64,000 nt of DNA from Octopus sinensis (Eukaryota), in contig NC_042998.1 in NCBI RefSeq assembly GCF_006345805.1, positions 116,622,001 through 116,686,000 on the forward strand. Direction: 5' to 3'. This document shows positions 40,300 through 54,480 of the stretch, one piece after another. The number at the start of each line of letters is the position of its first letter. Positions within the stretch are counted from its first letter, which is position 1. The notes beneath the pieces are model-generated. The model had not been told where the DNA came from. It did not search any database and was given only the letters and a program-made list of their open reading frames with translations. Position numbers and translations under genes: made by a program.

Positions 40300-42250
40300 T
40301 AAACTGTTGGATATTTGGAAAAGCTATAAGAATATATCATGTTTGTTGTACATTTTGTTAATAGCGTTACTTGAAGGGAGGTTTTTGCAGGTCTTGCGAG
40401 AATGGTCATCCTAATTTGAAAACGCTTAACTTTAACAACCGTAATTTGAAGACAGTTAGCATACTTAAATTGTTATATATAGAGAAATGAAGCTATTCAT
40501 AGTTTCGAGTATGCAGAGGAATATGAGCATTCCGATTGTTCATTCTTACAAGACAAGTCTCCGAAACGAAAGAAGGTTAATGGAAAGTCAAGTTAACTAA
40601 TGACGTAAACAGGCTCCAAAAGAACTCTGTGATTGCATATGTAAATAATAACCTAGAAACTAATAAATAATTTTCATTAAAAGCAAGTGGTCAACTTAAG
40701 ATGTTTTTGTTGTTAAATTCCTAAACAACTGTAGCTGATAAAATGTATTCAAATCGCGGCGATTTAATTCTCTTGATTTTACTAGTAGTTTTTACGTTAT
40801 TCCTTCATACAATATATCTCCGTGAATTACATAATAGCATAAAATTTTAGTATGCAATTTACCTGCTGAAGGACGTACTCATGCAGCCAAATGGAAGAAA
40901 ACTCGTTTTCTTTGGAATTTTCATAAATATCGTACACAGTTATATATTTCTAAGTCATATTATCTATATATCAAGCTGATTTCAATAAAGTGTTTTGCTA
41001 TTCTTGTATTTCACACATAATATAATAACCCACAGCTAAAGGTGGTTGAAGTATACTGATAACCTTTACTCAGTATATTTATTCTGGGTTACGTCAGTGT
41101 TGTGGAGTCTTTACTTAAAGTTTTACGATTTCCCCAGTATATTTTAAAACTACAAGACATTTAGAACATTGTTTACCCTAAACGGCCTGTTTTGACAGAC
41201 GATTAATAAACAAAAGGACGATTCTAAGCCAATAGAGGCACCTTATTATTGTTGACCAACGTAATAAACATATCAGTTATACCCCTGGCAAATATCTCCC
41301 GTTTGTATATCATTTAAAGATATATTGGAATGTATCCATCTGACCACATCGTAACCATGTCAATCTTCGTCAGCCACTATAATTCGTTTAATTATATCAT
41401 GATTTGAAAAGCTCAATGGTTGTGATGATTGTAGAATGAGTACATTTTAGTGCCCAAGTTGCAGCAGCAACTTCATTCAAAGTGAATTACTTTGAATAAT
41501 AGATTTTTCGGACTGACGCTAAGCATTAAATTTTTCACTCCAGACAGGAAGTGAACGTAAAATATTATTCAAAATAATAAGTTTCATCCAAAAAAAATAC
41601 ATCAAGGTAAAGGACAACTACAACTGCTGCTACTACATGTTTACAAAGATCGTGAAGCAGATGACGTTTTCACTCTCTTCGGGAAAAATACGGTGATTTT
41701 CTGAAGCGAAAATAGACAATGGCAGCTATTTTCAGCACTAGCTTTTTAGGTGTGATAATATTATCTGTAGATCGTTTCCGATTTCATATTTTAATACTGA
41801 ATACGACAGATCTCTTAAGGTTCCGTAGGTCTCGTATGTGATGTCAAGCAATTTATTGAATACTTTATTAATTTTGATATAGAAACATATACAACATTTC
41901 TAGTATTATAGAATGGATGAGTAAAACGGTTTTGTAATGTAAAATTTCCTGGACAGAAAATAATAAAGTAGTATATTTTTCTAAATTCTAAAAGTTTATT
42001 TCGAATTAACTATGAAACATATATTCCGGTAAATAGCCTTGCAGGTATATATTCCCGTAGGCTCATCCAATATAAAGCTGTTTAATATTCGAGACAAACG
42101 TGACAGAAGTATGTATGGATGCTGAAACACTGGGAAATCATCATTCAAGATGACGACCAAGCAATAGAGCGATTGAGTTCAACAATTAGGTTAAAACAGA
42201 ATATTTATGATGGTTATATATTTTCGAACTCCACAAAAGTAAATCAGTAT
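40300..42250 (+). pseudogene. Decayed TLR-like gene (clearest relic): LRRs, LRRCT, TM with juxtamembrane motif, TIR
   Basis: EVFAGLARMVILI and HPNLKTLNFNNRNLKTV (~40378-40457); FIQKKYIKVKDNYNC (41583-); MAAIFSTSFLGVIILSVDRFRFHILIL (41719-, cf. TM-YRYRWHI); TYTTFLV / EWMSKTVL; RINYETYIPVNSLAGIYSRRLI (42002-42067, cf. CIHERDFIPG.SIA.NI...SRR.I). Confidence 0.55.
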
Positions 42251-42688
42251 TTTTGTCGCAGTAGTGTACGTAGAATGTAAATTAATAATAATAAATCAAT
42301 GACTTGGAGTTGAAATAAAATCCTCACAAGGCCTGGTGTTACTGTTTTAACTCTAAAGCTAATTTTGCTGTTAAAATGAACATAGACATGACAAGTGGAA
42401 TACGTATAACTTAAGTTCACATTGGCCGTTATTTATGTTGCCTGAAAACGTTATCTTTCGGACAATTTTAATTTGGAGCGTTAAATACAACTTAAATCTC
42501 TAAAACAGCAGACACAAAGATTCTACTGAAGTTACTAAGGTAGACAAACCGCCACAATCACTTCGAATTCTGTTTTATAATATATGTATGTCTGTGTATA
42601 TGTGTGCGTATCTATGAACTATGTGTACGGATATAAATGTACACACAAATGAATATACATGAATTTGTGTTGTCTGTATGAGTATATA

Positions 42689-42753
<65 letters not shown>

Positions 42754-43059
42754 ACGTATGCATGTTTTTTGTGAACGCTTTCACATTATATTTATTCGAT
42801 TACATCCTACTAAGCAGAAACTAGTTTTTGAAACGAAGAATAAAAGCTTCAGCAACGGAATTTGGATATGAACAACGATAACGCTTATATACTGAACTGT
42901 AGGGAAATTTTACCTTTTGTCACTGTTGCACTTCTATGAGTATAATATGTATATATGTAAGTACGTATGTTTGAGTGTATGCAAAAATACATTCATAGAC
43001 AAAAACACACCCACACATACGCACTTACACATATGAACACATTTATCTAAAGCGTAAAA

Positions 43060-45620
43060 CCACTTAAGCTATTCTACAAACTCTCCCAAATAATATTAAT
43101 TTTTCATGGAATTTTTCTAGAGAAACTGCTCCACTGACTTAAAAGAAATTAATTAGCAAGCATGTTTAAATAATTGTTGCACCTCAGTCAATTGTTGCAG
43201 TCATATCCTAGAATAGGATTAAATTATTGAAATGCTACATCAATAAAGTTAGCTACAGTTGTATCACAAATATTTACTCAAGGAATGGCTGATTAGGCGC
43301 CAGGTTAAGAGTGGCGAACTTTTGATTTGTCTGTTACTTCGTATGTTTGTGTTTAGATTTACTAAAAATAATAAAGTAAAGTACATAAAACAATTGAATA
43401 AAATAACTAGATAATAATAAAATATAAAGATAAAATATGAATAGGATGAATAGACAAATTGTGTACCAAAATATATTGAACTCCTTAGCTGTTAATTATG
43501 GTGAGTTTCACTATCAAACTTTTTCCTCGGTGGAGTGAATGTGTATCTACATGTGTGCGTTTTTTTGTGTGAGAGAGAGAGAGAGAGAGTGTGTGTGTGT
43601 GCGTGTGTGTGTGTTGGTGTGTGGTTGTTTGTTTGCGTTTGTATATGTAACACATGTAGGCTTAAGTGCGTGTATTTTCCTGTCATAAAATAAAATTAGA
43701 TTTCTCGAGCATGAAATTTAAGTCCCGACTTATCAGATCCGCACCCTCTCAAGAAATTCAAATAATCCAACTTCATGAAATAAACCATCGTCAGCTTCCT
43801 GTGTGTCTGTTATTGAAACCTTTGTGCATTTGGGGATGTAGGAATAAAGACATCTCTGAAAGTTCAAGTGTATTTAATCGTATGTTTAAAGTATAGCTGT
43901 AATAGACATCAGATACTTGATTGAAATATTTACTCCGAAACTGATATTTTTTTAAAACTTAGAAATGCATACACACTCACACACTTATGAAGGAGCATCC
44001 CTCAACGCACATAAAGAAGAATATTTATTTTTTCTCGATATACATCTCAAGAATTGCTACTCCACTGTATTCTTTTCTTTTCCTCCAGGTTTACACGTAT
44101 TAATGCGTGCCTATATCCATGCGTGGGCTTATAGGCGTACGTCTTCGTAATGTCTGTGCGTTTCTTCAACATATGATATTTTTTTGTTTTGCTAATATAA
44201 TTAATCTTAACCTATTCAAGTTTCAGAACCTCTCTCATCAAACTAATTTATCACACATCAAAGGAAACTAATTGATCTGGCTTATAAAATGGATATGTAT
44301 TGCCGTTGCTCTTTTACTCCAATTAATATTTCTCTTCTAATTACTCGTCCTTTGAGTGCCGTTATTTATACCATGACTATCACATCTTATTTTCAAAGAT
44401 TATATAAATTATTATATTATCTGATATGTTCTTCATTTTAAGACGAATGTCTTTTTCTTGTGAGGAGGTTTACCTATTAGATTTTGTAAATTGAAACTCA
44501 GGGTAAAGGTTCGTTCATTGCTACTTATTGTTATGGTTTGTTCTTGTTTCTTCTCCCACCATTGATTGTGTCACTAGTAGGGTGAGTTAAACAAAATTAA
44601 ATTTTGAGAAGTTCCAATTATTAGTATCCGCGTGTTTTACTTCTCTGGGGATAAAGTTTATTTATATAGTAAAATATATTGCTTCTGTATCATTTATAAT
44701 GCATAATTGCATTAGGTATGAAATAAGTGACAGGTCTCTGCTTTTTTAGCACTTTGAACATTCCCTGAGAAACCCTGTCGAACGCTCATTTATCATTATT
44801 CAAATGCTTCGCTAGTATTTATTATGTCATGGAATGGATTAATAAACACCAATATAAATTACACTTATACTGCTATTTCTTTAAAATGACAATCACTATA
44901 CTAATACAAACTAACTAATCCAGTTTGAAATATTAAAAATTGCACTGAAAAGTTCACATAGAATGCTACTTGCACTACATCTTATTAAATCTCCTCTCCC
45001 CCCAATCAATTACTTTAACACTTCTAAAATATACTTCTCACCCCATCTCTCTAATGATGTATTTCCCAGACGAAGAACAAATATTCCAAATGTTATATTC
45101 TTTTACAATTCACAGCAAATAAACTTCACAAAATCTTTTATAAACTCGTCCAACTATTATTAATTTTTCATAGAATTCTCTCTTGAGTGTACGATGCACT
45201 GACTTAAAAGTAATTAATTAACACGCTTGTTTAAATAATCGTTACACAATATACAAACACCTCAGTCAATTACGGCAGACATATCGCAGAATAGGATTAA
45301 ATTATTGAAATGAGACATCGATGCTACATATTTAGCTGTAGTTATATCTCAAGTATAAAATCAGAGTGATGTAATAGGCGCCAAGTTATGAGGATTGTGA
45401 ATATTTTCATTGTTTGTTTGTCTGTGTTTCCGATTTGCTAATAAGTATTACTGTAAAATATGATAAAGAGCTCAATTAAATTTCAAAGAGAGAAAAAGAA
45501 AAAAAAAACAAATATGAACAAAATTTTATAATAATATCAAAACTAAACCGTATACATAGCGCACAAAATATCGGATTCAATAAATTTCATTATGATGAGC
45601 TTCGCTAAAACTTGTGTAAT
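43060..45620 (+). repeat. Old direct duplication (~43060-43520 and ~45140-45620, offset ~2.07 kb)
   Basis: Collinear anchors TTAATTTTTCAT, CACTGACTTAAAAG (43132/45197), CACCTCAGTCAATT, AGAATAGGATTAAATTATTGAAATG (43210/45288), AGGCGCCA.GTTA. Confidence 0.8.
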
Positions 45621-46186
45621 ACAAGGAAATAAAACTTAGTACAAAACAGCAAATGCGATTCGTTTCCTTCCTCTGGGATTGCTTAACTAGCGTTGCATAG
45701 AAGCCAAAAGTCATGTTTGTGTGTGTATGTTTGTGCATCCATAAATGCTTACGCATACATATATATATATACACACATATGCATATACTGACACATTTAT
45801 TGACAGTATATGCCTATATACTGTCACACATGCATACATACATATATATGTGTGTGTGTGTGTATGTATATGTATTAATGTACGTATATACGTAAGTGTA
45901 TAAATAGGTGTATATAAAAGCACACACGCAAAAGTATTTGTGTGAGTGTATACGTGTGTGAATATATGTATGCACGTATGTATGTATCTATGTATGAAGA
46001 GAATATGTATGCCAGTATACGCATGTTAAGAGGGGAAAGAATCGCCGATGACACTTTGTACGGCTCTGAGTTTGGTGACGGATGATACACTCATATAGAG
46101 CCCAGATGCTATGTATGAAAGAAAAGAAAATGAACCAATAACCACCAGTTAGACAATGGAATATAAATTAAGGTAAGGAATATATA

Positions 46187-46607
46187 ATGAAACATAGTTA
46201 CGCAAGTTGCCGCACATTAAAAGCGAAACCAAATATATGTAGTCATCAAAGTTCTGTTTTAGAATTTGAAAATCGAGACGATATATGCATTAAATGTTAC
46301 TACAATAACTATTACAATGAAGCAGTTACAGACAATATACACGCAGTAAATTTCAGTAGTTTTTTTTCTAGTACGAATACAGTATATGTTACGTTGCATA
46401 ATATCGGAAACGATACAGCTATTAGCTTTCTGTTTATCAAATATGGTCATTAGATATAACGCTCAAAAGTTCATCCCTTACACAATTAAAATAGAACGCA
46501 AGACTAAATGCCTCATAGTAAACATATTATTTTCATCAGGCTTTATTCAAATATCTTCAACATTTGCATACTATGTCGAGCGCCAAAGTTATTTTTTCCT
46601 AATATAA
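46187..46607 (+). pseudogene. Putative TIR-domain relic
   Basis: LEFENRDDICIKCYYNNYYNEAVTDNIHAVNFSS (cf. LE.....LCI..RDF..G.AITDNI..AI..S), then RCIISETIQLLA. Confidence 0.4.
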
Positions 46608-47266
46608 ATCATTAGCATTTATATTAGGAAATCTATATGTAGTTCCGGGTGATAAACCTGTGTACGTCTACATGTTATATACATAAAATCTAATATACCT
46701 GTATACATACATACATATATATATTTGTGTGTGTGTGTGTGCACATATATATATACACAAATATACCTTAAAGATAGATAGATAGACGTTACATTGCATA
46801 AATATTATTGAAACCATAATATTGGCGTTCAAATTAATATTTCTAACTGAGGCATATCCTCACCATTTTAGAGCATAATCGATAAGATCAATTCATATTA
46901 ATGAAATCGATTATGCACAGAATTCAACTCAAATGGATGGTTTCTATATTCAATAGAACATGGCACTTTTCTAGGAATTAGTCAAATGAAATATATTATC
47001 AAATTCATGGTAGGAAGAACATACATGTCTTAATAATTATAGTTGGATTGGTAAAGGCTAGTTTTCATAATAAAATGTGATGTGGTAATAATTTTGGAGA
47101 ACCACGTCTCCGAGATCAAATTCTGTCGGTCGTAAATGCATGTGCATCAATCCTTCAGGGTCACCAATAGGAACACAAGCTAAATATCAAGGTACTTCAA
47201 ATAGACTTTAATCGCCCTTAAAATTTAAGAGTATGTTTCTGAGTTTTAAATTCAGCTTCCTCATTA

Positions 47267-48536
47267 TATCAGGTCATCCTATAAGTTCTTTCTGATTTTA
47301 CCTTTTTTTTTTAAATTGAATGAATTTTAATAGTATTTTAGAATGTCTAATGGAATTTAAAGTTATATTTATGCATTTGTGTATATTTAAACTAATTAAA
47401 TATAATTTTACAGAATAATAGAATTAACATTTCTTTGATTAAAACGAAGTTTCCGAAGAGCAGTTGAGGCACATAATGCTTTATGAGTACAAAAAAAGAA
47501 ACTCTGCAGCCGAAGCGACTCGAATATACACGCAGTTTATGGGAAATAATGCTTGAATGAAAGAAATTGCAGAAGATGGTTTACAAAATTCAGAAGAGGA
47601 GATATAAACCTTGTAGAGGAAGATCGAACGGGACGTCCAGTTGAGCTTAATGATAAGTTCCTTGGGGTATTACTTGAAGAAAACCCTGCATTATCATTTG
47701 AAAAATTAGCAATAAAGCTTAGATCTAACCATACAATTGCTCATCATCATCTCCAACAAATTGGAAATATTCCATAACTTGGAAAATGGGTGCCTCAGGA
47801 ATTGTCCGAAAGCAACCGCAAATCTCGAGTTGCCATTTGATCTTCTCTCCGTACTCACGAACCCATTTCACCCTTTTGGGATAGACTTGTATCTAGTGAC
47901 GGAAAATATATCCTCTATCGAAATATTAAACGTCGTAAACAATGACCTGGTAAAAGGGGAAAATCTCAACAACAACCGAGAAGGGGACTTCATGGTTCTC
48001 TCTACCTGGTATGATTGCGAAGGAGTAAATCACTTTGAATTGTTAGCACCTAATGCAACAATCAATACTCAAGTCTATTGTCAGCAGTACTTTGAAAAAA
48101 GTTGTGAAGAAATAAAAAAAAAACCGCTTTCGTGAATCGAAAAGGAGTGATGTTTCATCAGAAAAATGCGCGACCCCACACTGCAAAGATCATATCACAG
48201 AAGATCGAAAAGCTTTGTGGGGAAAGAAATTTCTCATCCAACTTATTTTCTCGATCTTGCTCCTTCCGAGAACCATTTGTTTCGAGGTTTACAGTATCAT
48301 TTGGAGGACATAACTTTCGCAAGCCAGGAGGAGGTCAAAACTGACATTTCAGAGTTCTTCGCTTTGATACCAAAGGAGGTTTACATTGATGATATTTAAA
48401 GGCTTGTAAATAGATTGAAGGAAGCCATAGATAATCAGGGAAAGCACATAGATCATTAAATCTCAATTAAATATAACATTTGGTCACATGTTTTCTTTAT
48501 TCAAATTTCGGACAGAACGTATGGTATGCCCTTATA
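47267..48536 (+). mobile_element. Full-length (~1.27 kb) decayed mariner transposon (Mos1/SETMAR-like, DD34D type)
   Basis: LRHIMLYEY..., CRRWFTKFRRGDINL..EDRTGRP, GKWVPQEL, GVMFHQKNARPHTA, HPTYFLDLAPSENHLFRGLQ; degenerate 30-bp TIRs 47267-47296 and 48507-48536 (22/30 matches), both starting TA. Confidence 0.9.
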
Positions 48537-48544
48537 GCTTTGGA

Positions 48545-49700
48545 GAAAATGCCTTACGGCATCCTCTTCAGCTGGATCTTCAAATGTATTTAAGTAGTAT
48601 TTGCTTCACATTCTTGAATGGCTGATATATAAATATCATTTCAGCATACCGTCTTTATGTAATCGTCATATCTTTCTAAAGATTACAATATTGATATAGG
48701 GTAAAGGCAGAAAGATCTGAGGTAGTTTGCTACTCAACTCAGATCTTGTGTTAAAGACTTTACTTAATATAGTAGTCTCATTTTCCACACTTGTTCTTTA
48801 TTAATCTTTCCCTGTGATATATATAATCTTGTACTGTATACTACCACTTCTGCATAGATCAATAAGTTAATGTCTCCTATAGTTTTAGTATCTATCGCTC
48901 TGATGTCAGTGGGATACTTTCTTAGTCATTTCTGGCAGCCTTCTTCTGTTGGTGTCTTTTAATTCTGGCAATATTTTTCTTACTTCTTTACTCATTACTT
49001 CCTGAAACTCATCTAAATTCTGATCTTCCTCACTTAAACCACATAGGTTGCTGGTGTAAGTTGTCCTGTCAGTAGTGGTAGTGCTATTATTTTTTTCCTC
49101 TAGGTCCTTCTTTTGTTTTAACTGTATCTATGTTGTTTGTCTTTCTGACTTCCTGGTCTTCTTTTTCCAGATCTCTTGTAATCTCTCCTACCTCCAGTTC
49201 AGTTCTGTCATTCAATTTCTTCTCCTTATAGCATTAGCTTGATATACTAATCTTTTTTCAGTCATTTTAAATATACCTTTCCCTACCCAAAGAGACAATA
49301 TCAGTTTCCTAAAGCTCCCTTTTTTAGGTTCACTTTCTAAATAGCACTGCATCACTGTCCTATTTTCTTCGCTGGTTCACTTCCTCGTCCTTACTCTGAT
49401 ATCTGCTGATGCTGTATTAGGAAAACAGCTGTATTCAGTTTCCATCTTTACTGAAGCACTGCCGAGAGAAAGGCGTTCCCTTAAATGTCCGTCATTTTCG
49501 CTGTTACAATCAGAGTTTCTTCCGAAACTACTGTATCTCATGAACGGAGGTCAAGTAACGTTCGTCACCAATGTCATCACCACTATTGCTTTTCGATATC
49601 TGATAGTTTCAAGCAACTTTCTCTTGTAACATTTGCTGAACATTTGTGCTGGTATTGTGGTGTGTGCAGCATGTTTTGGGCGGTGATGGTTCTTTCTTCT
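48545..49700 (-). mobile_element. R4/Dong-like non-LTR retrotransposon, N-terminal ORF relic
   Basis: RTRK*TSEENRTVMQCYLESEPKKGSFRKLILSLW...EKRLVYQANAIRRRN*MTELELE and WKMRLLY*VKSLTQDLS, typical of R4/Dong N-termini. Confidence 0.7.
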
Positions 49701-50231
49701 TTGGTTCTTTCCCCATATGCGCATGATAAACAGCGCATGACAATGCAGGTGGGGTCCAATTAATGGATGTTTAAGTATGCGGAACGCGGTATTCATGTTT
49801 CCAAAGGTGAATTATCCAAACCGCCAATAATTTCTCTCAACATATGCTCTCCCATTACTTCTGCTCGAGATCAGAGATGCACACATCGTCAGCCACTAAG
49901 AGAAATGCTCAAATGGTTATGGTCAAACGACTGGGAAGCAAATCTCTGGTGTTGTGCAGAATATTTACAGTAGCCATCTTTTACACCAAGACAAAGCGAT
50001 GTGCCTGATAACACTTCCAATCAGTTAAGATCAGAAGCCATGAGAGTCACTGTCTGGTACCTCACCAGGGCATTTTATTATTATTATCATCATCATCATA
50101 ATCGTCGTCGTCGTCATTTTTGTTGTTGTTGCTGTTCTTCTAACGATGAACATGCACTCCGGTGCATGTTGTTCCTGCTGAATATCTCTCGTTGTTAGAT
50201 TTAAGAAAATCATTATTATTATTATTCTATT

Positions 50232-50700
50232 GCCTTTGCACAGCTTCTAACACTGGACCTGTACTACGATATCAGCTGCTCACAACCAGTGAACTAAGGT
50301 AACGCCCCTTACCATTCGAGCACCATCCTGAGTATTCGAGCAGTTGCAAGCAGTGCAGTTTTCTGCAAGTTCTACACCATTAATGCAGACCCCTATTTGT
50401 TTCATGTACTTCTCAAGATTTTTACTCACTTTTGCCAGGTCTCCAACAATTATTGGTACTACTACCACCTTTTGCAGCTACCACAACTGCTTAACCTCTC
50501 AAGTGAGCCTGTATTATCTATCGATTTTCTTCCTTATCGCATACCTTGTTGTCATCTGGCCATGCTATATCTATGATCCAGCATCGTTTACATTTTTTCT
50601 CACTTAACACAATGACTGGTTTCCTATTCTCTATTACGTGGTCGCACTGAATCATAAAATCCCATACAATCATTGCATTATACTTTCCGATGATGCCCGT
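50232..50700 (-). mobile_element. R4/Dong-like element 3' end with restriction-like endonuclease, flanked by (TAA)n
   Basis: IVWDFMIQCDHVIENRKPVIVLSEKKCKRCWIIDIAWPDDNKVCDKEE and KVVVVPIIVGDLAKVSKNLEKYMKQIG (REL domain); (AAT)n immediately 3' at 50210-50230 and long (TAA)n at 50723-50810. Confidence 0.85.
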
Positions 50701-50722
50701 TTTTTCGTCTGTTGCTCTTTGA

Positions 50723-50800
<78 letters not shown>

Positions 50801-51553
50801 TATTATTATTAGTTAGGGATGTTTCTTTTGTCTGAGATTAGTGTTATATTTGCTCGAGGCTGTCTCCATATGTCTAGGCGATAAATCAATACATAAATAG
50901 GAAAGTATTTTTCACTAGAAAGGCTGAGTGATCCATTTGATTTCAAGGTTTTTCTGTATATAATTGGATGGAAAAGGAAACGTATTAAGTAAAATTATAT
51001 AGAGAGAAAAAAAAATAAAGAATATGTGTAGGTCAAACCACTTGAAACTAAAAAGGAAATGCGCATAGAAGTGAAAAACATTTATTTGAAACAAGTTTCA
51101 AGTAAAATTTGCTCTGAAATATATATCAGAAGAAAAATGAGAAATAAAAATGAGATTTGATGCTAAAATAATGAAAAGTGCGAAGGAAGGAAATTATATC
51201 TCAGCCGCAATTTTCAAGATTCTTTTGCTGTTTTTATAATATTTCTTTTCTTTTTGCTATTGGTTTGCAATGCCTACATTGATTAAAATTTCCACATATT
51301 CATCCATTTATAGAACAACATTTCGTTTCTATTTTACATACATACGTCCTATTTTTCCTAAATGTATTGCTCTTGATAATGTTTTTTTTGTTTGTTATTT
51401 GTAAATGCTATTTCTCTTTTACCTCCACTCTTATGCCCTTCATCATCTTTTCTTCCACTTGTTTTAAATTTTCTCTCTTCTTTTGCTACATTACCCTCAA
51501 CTTATCATATTTCTTCTTCTTCTCATTATTATTATTATTAGTAGTAGTAGTAA

Positions 51554-51602
<49 letters not shown>

Positions 51603-51774
51603 GGTGGTGGTAGTGGTAGTAGTAGTAGTTGTAGTAGTAGTTGCAGCAACAGCAGCAGTAGTAGTAGTAGCATTTTTATTATTTTTGTTGTTATTGTTTT
51701 ATTAATTTTATTGGGGTGGTGAGCAGGCAGAATTGGACGCGTACCTTGAGTTAATTTTGTCCCCATTTTACATT

Positions 51775-51890
51775 CTGTGTTCAAATTCCACTGAGGTCAA
51801 CTTTGCGTTTCAATCTTTCGGGTACGATCAAATGAGTACGATCTGAATACTGGTGTCGATGTAATCGACTTAACCATACCCAAGAAACTG
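51775..51890 (+). mobile_element. Octopus-type SINE fragment
   Basis: GTTCAAATTCCACTGAGGTCAACTTTGCGTTTCAATCTTTCGGG...GTCGATGTAATCGACTTAA. Confidence 0.7.
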
Positions 51891-52517
51891 CTGGTCATGC
51901 GCCAAACTTTGAAATCATCAACAAAACCATCATCATCATCATCATCATCATCATTATCGTTCGGTGACACAAGAACTCGAAAGTGAATATCAACAAAAAA
52001 TGTATCATTACAAGGTGTGCTAAATTAACGACGCAGCAAAATAATAGGTGACGCAGGCGTGCCGGCGTGGTAAGGAGCTTACTCCCCAACCACATGGTTC
52101 CGGCTTCAGATACATAGTTAAAATCCCACATCTCCAAAGCAACATTAATACAGATGCGGATTACATCATAGCAACACAATCACGTAGATTTTCAGATATA
52201 AAGGGAAAAAAACAAAATAATTAATTGCGATTTCATATATTTCGTTTTGCAGCATAGAGAATAGAGAGAATAGAGATCATTTCCACACGAGTGGGCGAGC
52301 GAGCAAGAGAGACAGGGAAAGGGAAAGAGTTGTAGAGTGGGAGTTAATAAATAGATAACTACTCACGTAGGTATACATTTATAAACCAGTAAATACAACT
52401 CAGTACGTAAAGCAGTTTTGGAATTTTATTACAATAGTGCCCAAGACGTCCATCGAAATACGCTTATCAAACTGCTTATACATACATATATACACACAAA
52501 TACACACACACACACAC

Positions 52518-52563
<46 letters not shown>

Positions 52564-53367
52564 CGTATGTATACATGTTTATATATACATATACATATAA
52601 ACATGAATATATATTCTAAGTATACCTATATGCGTGTGTGTGTGTGTGTATACGCGTGAGGTTGTGTATAAAGGCTTTCACAAACACTCTCATGTACGCG
52701 CACGCATATACGCGTACATACATATCCACACAGGTGTACACAAAAGATGTATAGCCCAAAACATTCACATGCGATCATTCATTTATTTCGGTGATTGTGT
52801 AATTTCGGTTCAAACATCACACAGCCTCCACACCTTCATTTTAAAACAACCGGAGTATTCAACATTTGAGAGCTAAAGAGAGACAAACGAAGAATCACAC
52901 CATCACTCCGTCTGTTTTGGTTACAGCTGAACAGATTGGTGCCTCATAGATTACCAATTTCAGGAGAGCAACACTCAACCGCGACCAAGAACTTAACATT
53001 AATTTTATGGTCATTAGTCAACCACCCCGCTTAACAAACCACAAGACTTCACAATATATGTGTAACGTCTAAAGCGGTTAAACACTTGTTCCTACTTTTT
53101 AAGTTTAAAATTTAGTTAACGGAATTTCTTCTATAAGAAGACTCATGTTTTTGTTTCTTTAAGTTCGGTTAGACGATGTGTGGACATGTCAGGTTGAGCT
53201 TTAGGCCGAAGATCTAGAAAGTGTTTGAGTGCAAGAAGACCTTCGCTGCGTGGGATCACCGTATATAGAGAGCTTCAGGCATTCTAATGACTGAAATATG
53301 TGCGTGCGTGCGGGTGTACATGTGTGTGTGTGTGTGTGTGCGTGTGCGTGCGCGTGCGTGTGCGTGT

Positions 53368-53408
<41 letters not shown>

Positions 53409-53599
53409 TGTGTGTTTGTGATGTGGACACGTGTAAATATATATGCTGTTTAGTATTTGTATATTGTAGCGTACTCTAAATTGTTCCGAGCATACAAAGT
53501 TGACTATAATGCCGTCACAAGCGAAAGTAAAAGTACGATTGTTATTGAACACATGCATTAAACCATACATGCTATGCGTATTAGATATTAATATGTTTA

Positions 53600-54480
53600 A
53601 TAGAATAGCCATGTGAATTAGTAATATTGGAGTTATAGGAGTTATATTTATGCTATGTCAATATCAGAGAATATGACACACACATGACAGAATTTTCAAA
53701 TACATGCTAGCTTCAGCGTCAGATTGGCTGTATAATCATCTCAGGAATATTGACTTATATCCTAAAACCACTAACAAGCGTACCGTTTAGCAGAGTTAGT
53801 GATGTATATCCGTAACACCTTGACTAAATAGAATAGAATACTAAGCAGCATCTTTATCAAACAGTCCAATGCATGGCCACTTATTCAAATCAGTTTGTGC
53901 AATAATATTAAAACGTTGGAAGCAAATGAATTCGACTGACCAGTCGGCCTCAACGGAATTACCTAAAATATATCCAGTAGAATTAATTTAGCAGCATGAA
54001 GAAATATGATATAATATCATCAATATGATTATTGAAATAAATATGAGCTCGGATACTGAACTCTTTCGTAGACATGCATCAAAATTCACTATTGTTTTAT
54101 GGGTAAACTATTTTAACCTTTAACTCAAAGGTCGTATATTTGTTTCTCAGTTGTATGTAGATATTTAATGACTGTGTTTCCCTCGTGATAAAGCACTCAG
54201 TTATCTGTATAAGTGACTTCGTTTTGTTGTTGTTGTTTAGCCTCCTAGGAGCAGACATAACACATTTAGATTTGATCCAGATATATTTATTTCGATTTCT
54301 TAACAATATTAGTATAAAGGAGAGTTGATTGTTATTTCTAGCAAATCAAGCAAATACGTTGAGGCCTTCCCACAAATGTTCAGTCACGATGTTGCCCGGT
54401 GCATTTACACAACAATATAAATATTTAAACTCCAAAAGACATGTACCAAAACTAAATATATAGAAATATTACCAAGTTTT
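53600..54480 (+). pseudogene. Putative TLR relic (LRRs then TIR box2)
   Basis: LRNIDLYPK; ISLCNNIKTLEANEFD (53889-53936, cf. L.L..N.I..L....F); ITHLDL; MLPGAFTQQYKYLNSKRHV (54389-54445, cf. FLPG..I..NI...I..SKR.I). Confidence 0.4.

Noticed and set aside
49990-50072. Possible HDV-like or twister ribozyme at the putative R4/Dong 5' end (9-bp hairpin CUUCUGAUC/GAUUGGAAG)
   Set aside because: Could not build P2, P3/L3 or the nested pseudoknot; twister L4 and T1/T2 pairings are missing.
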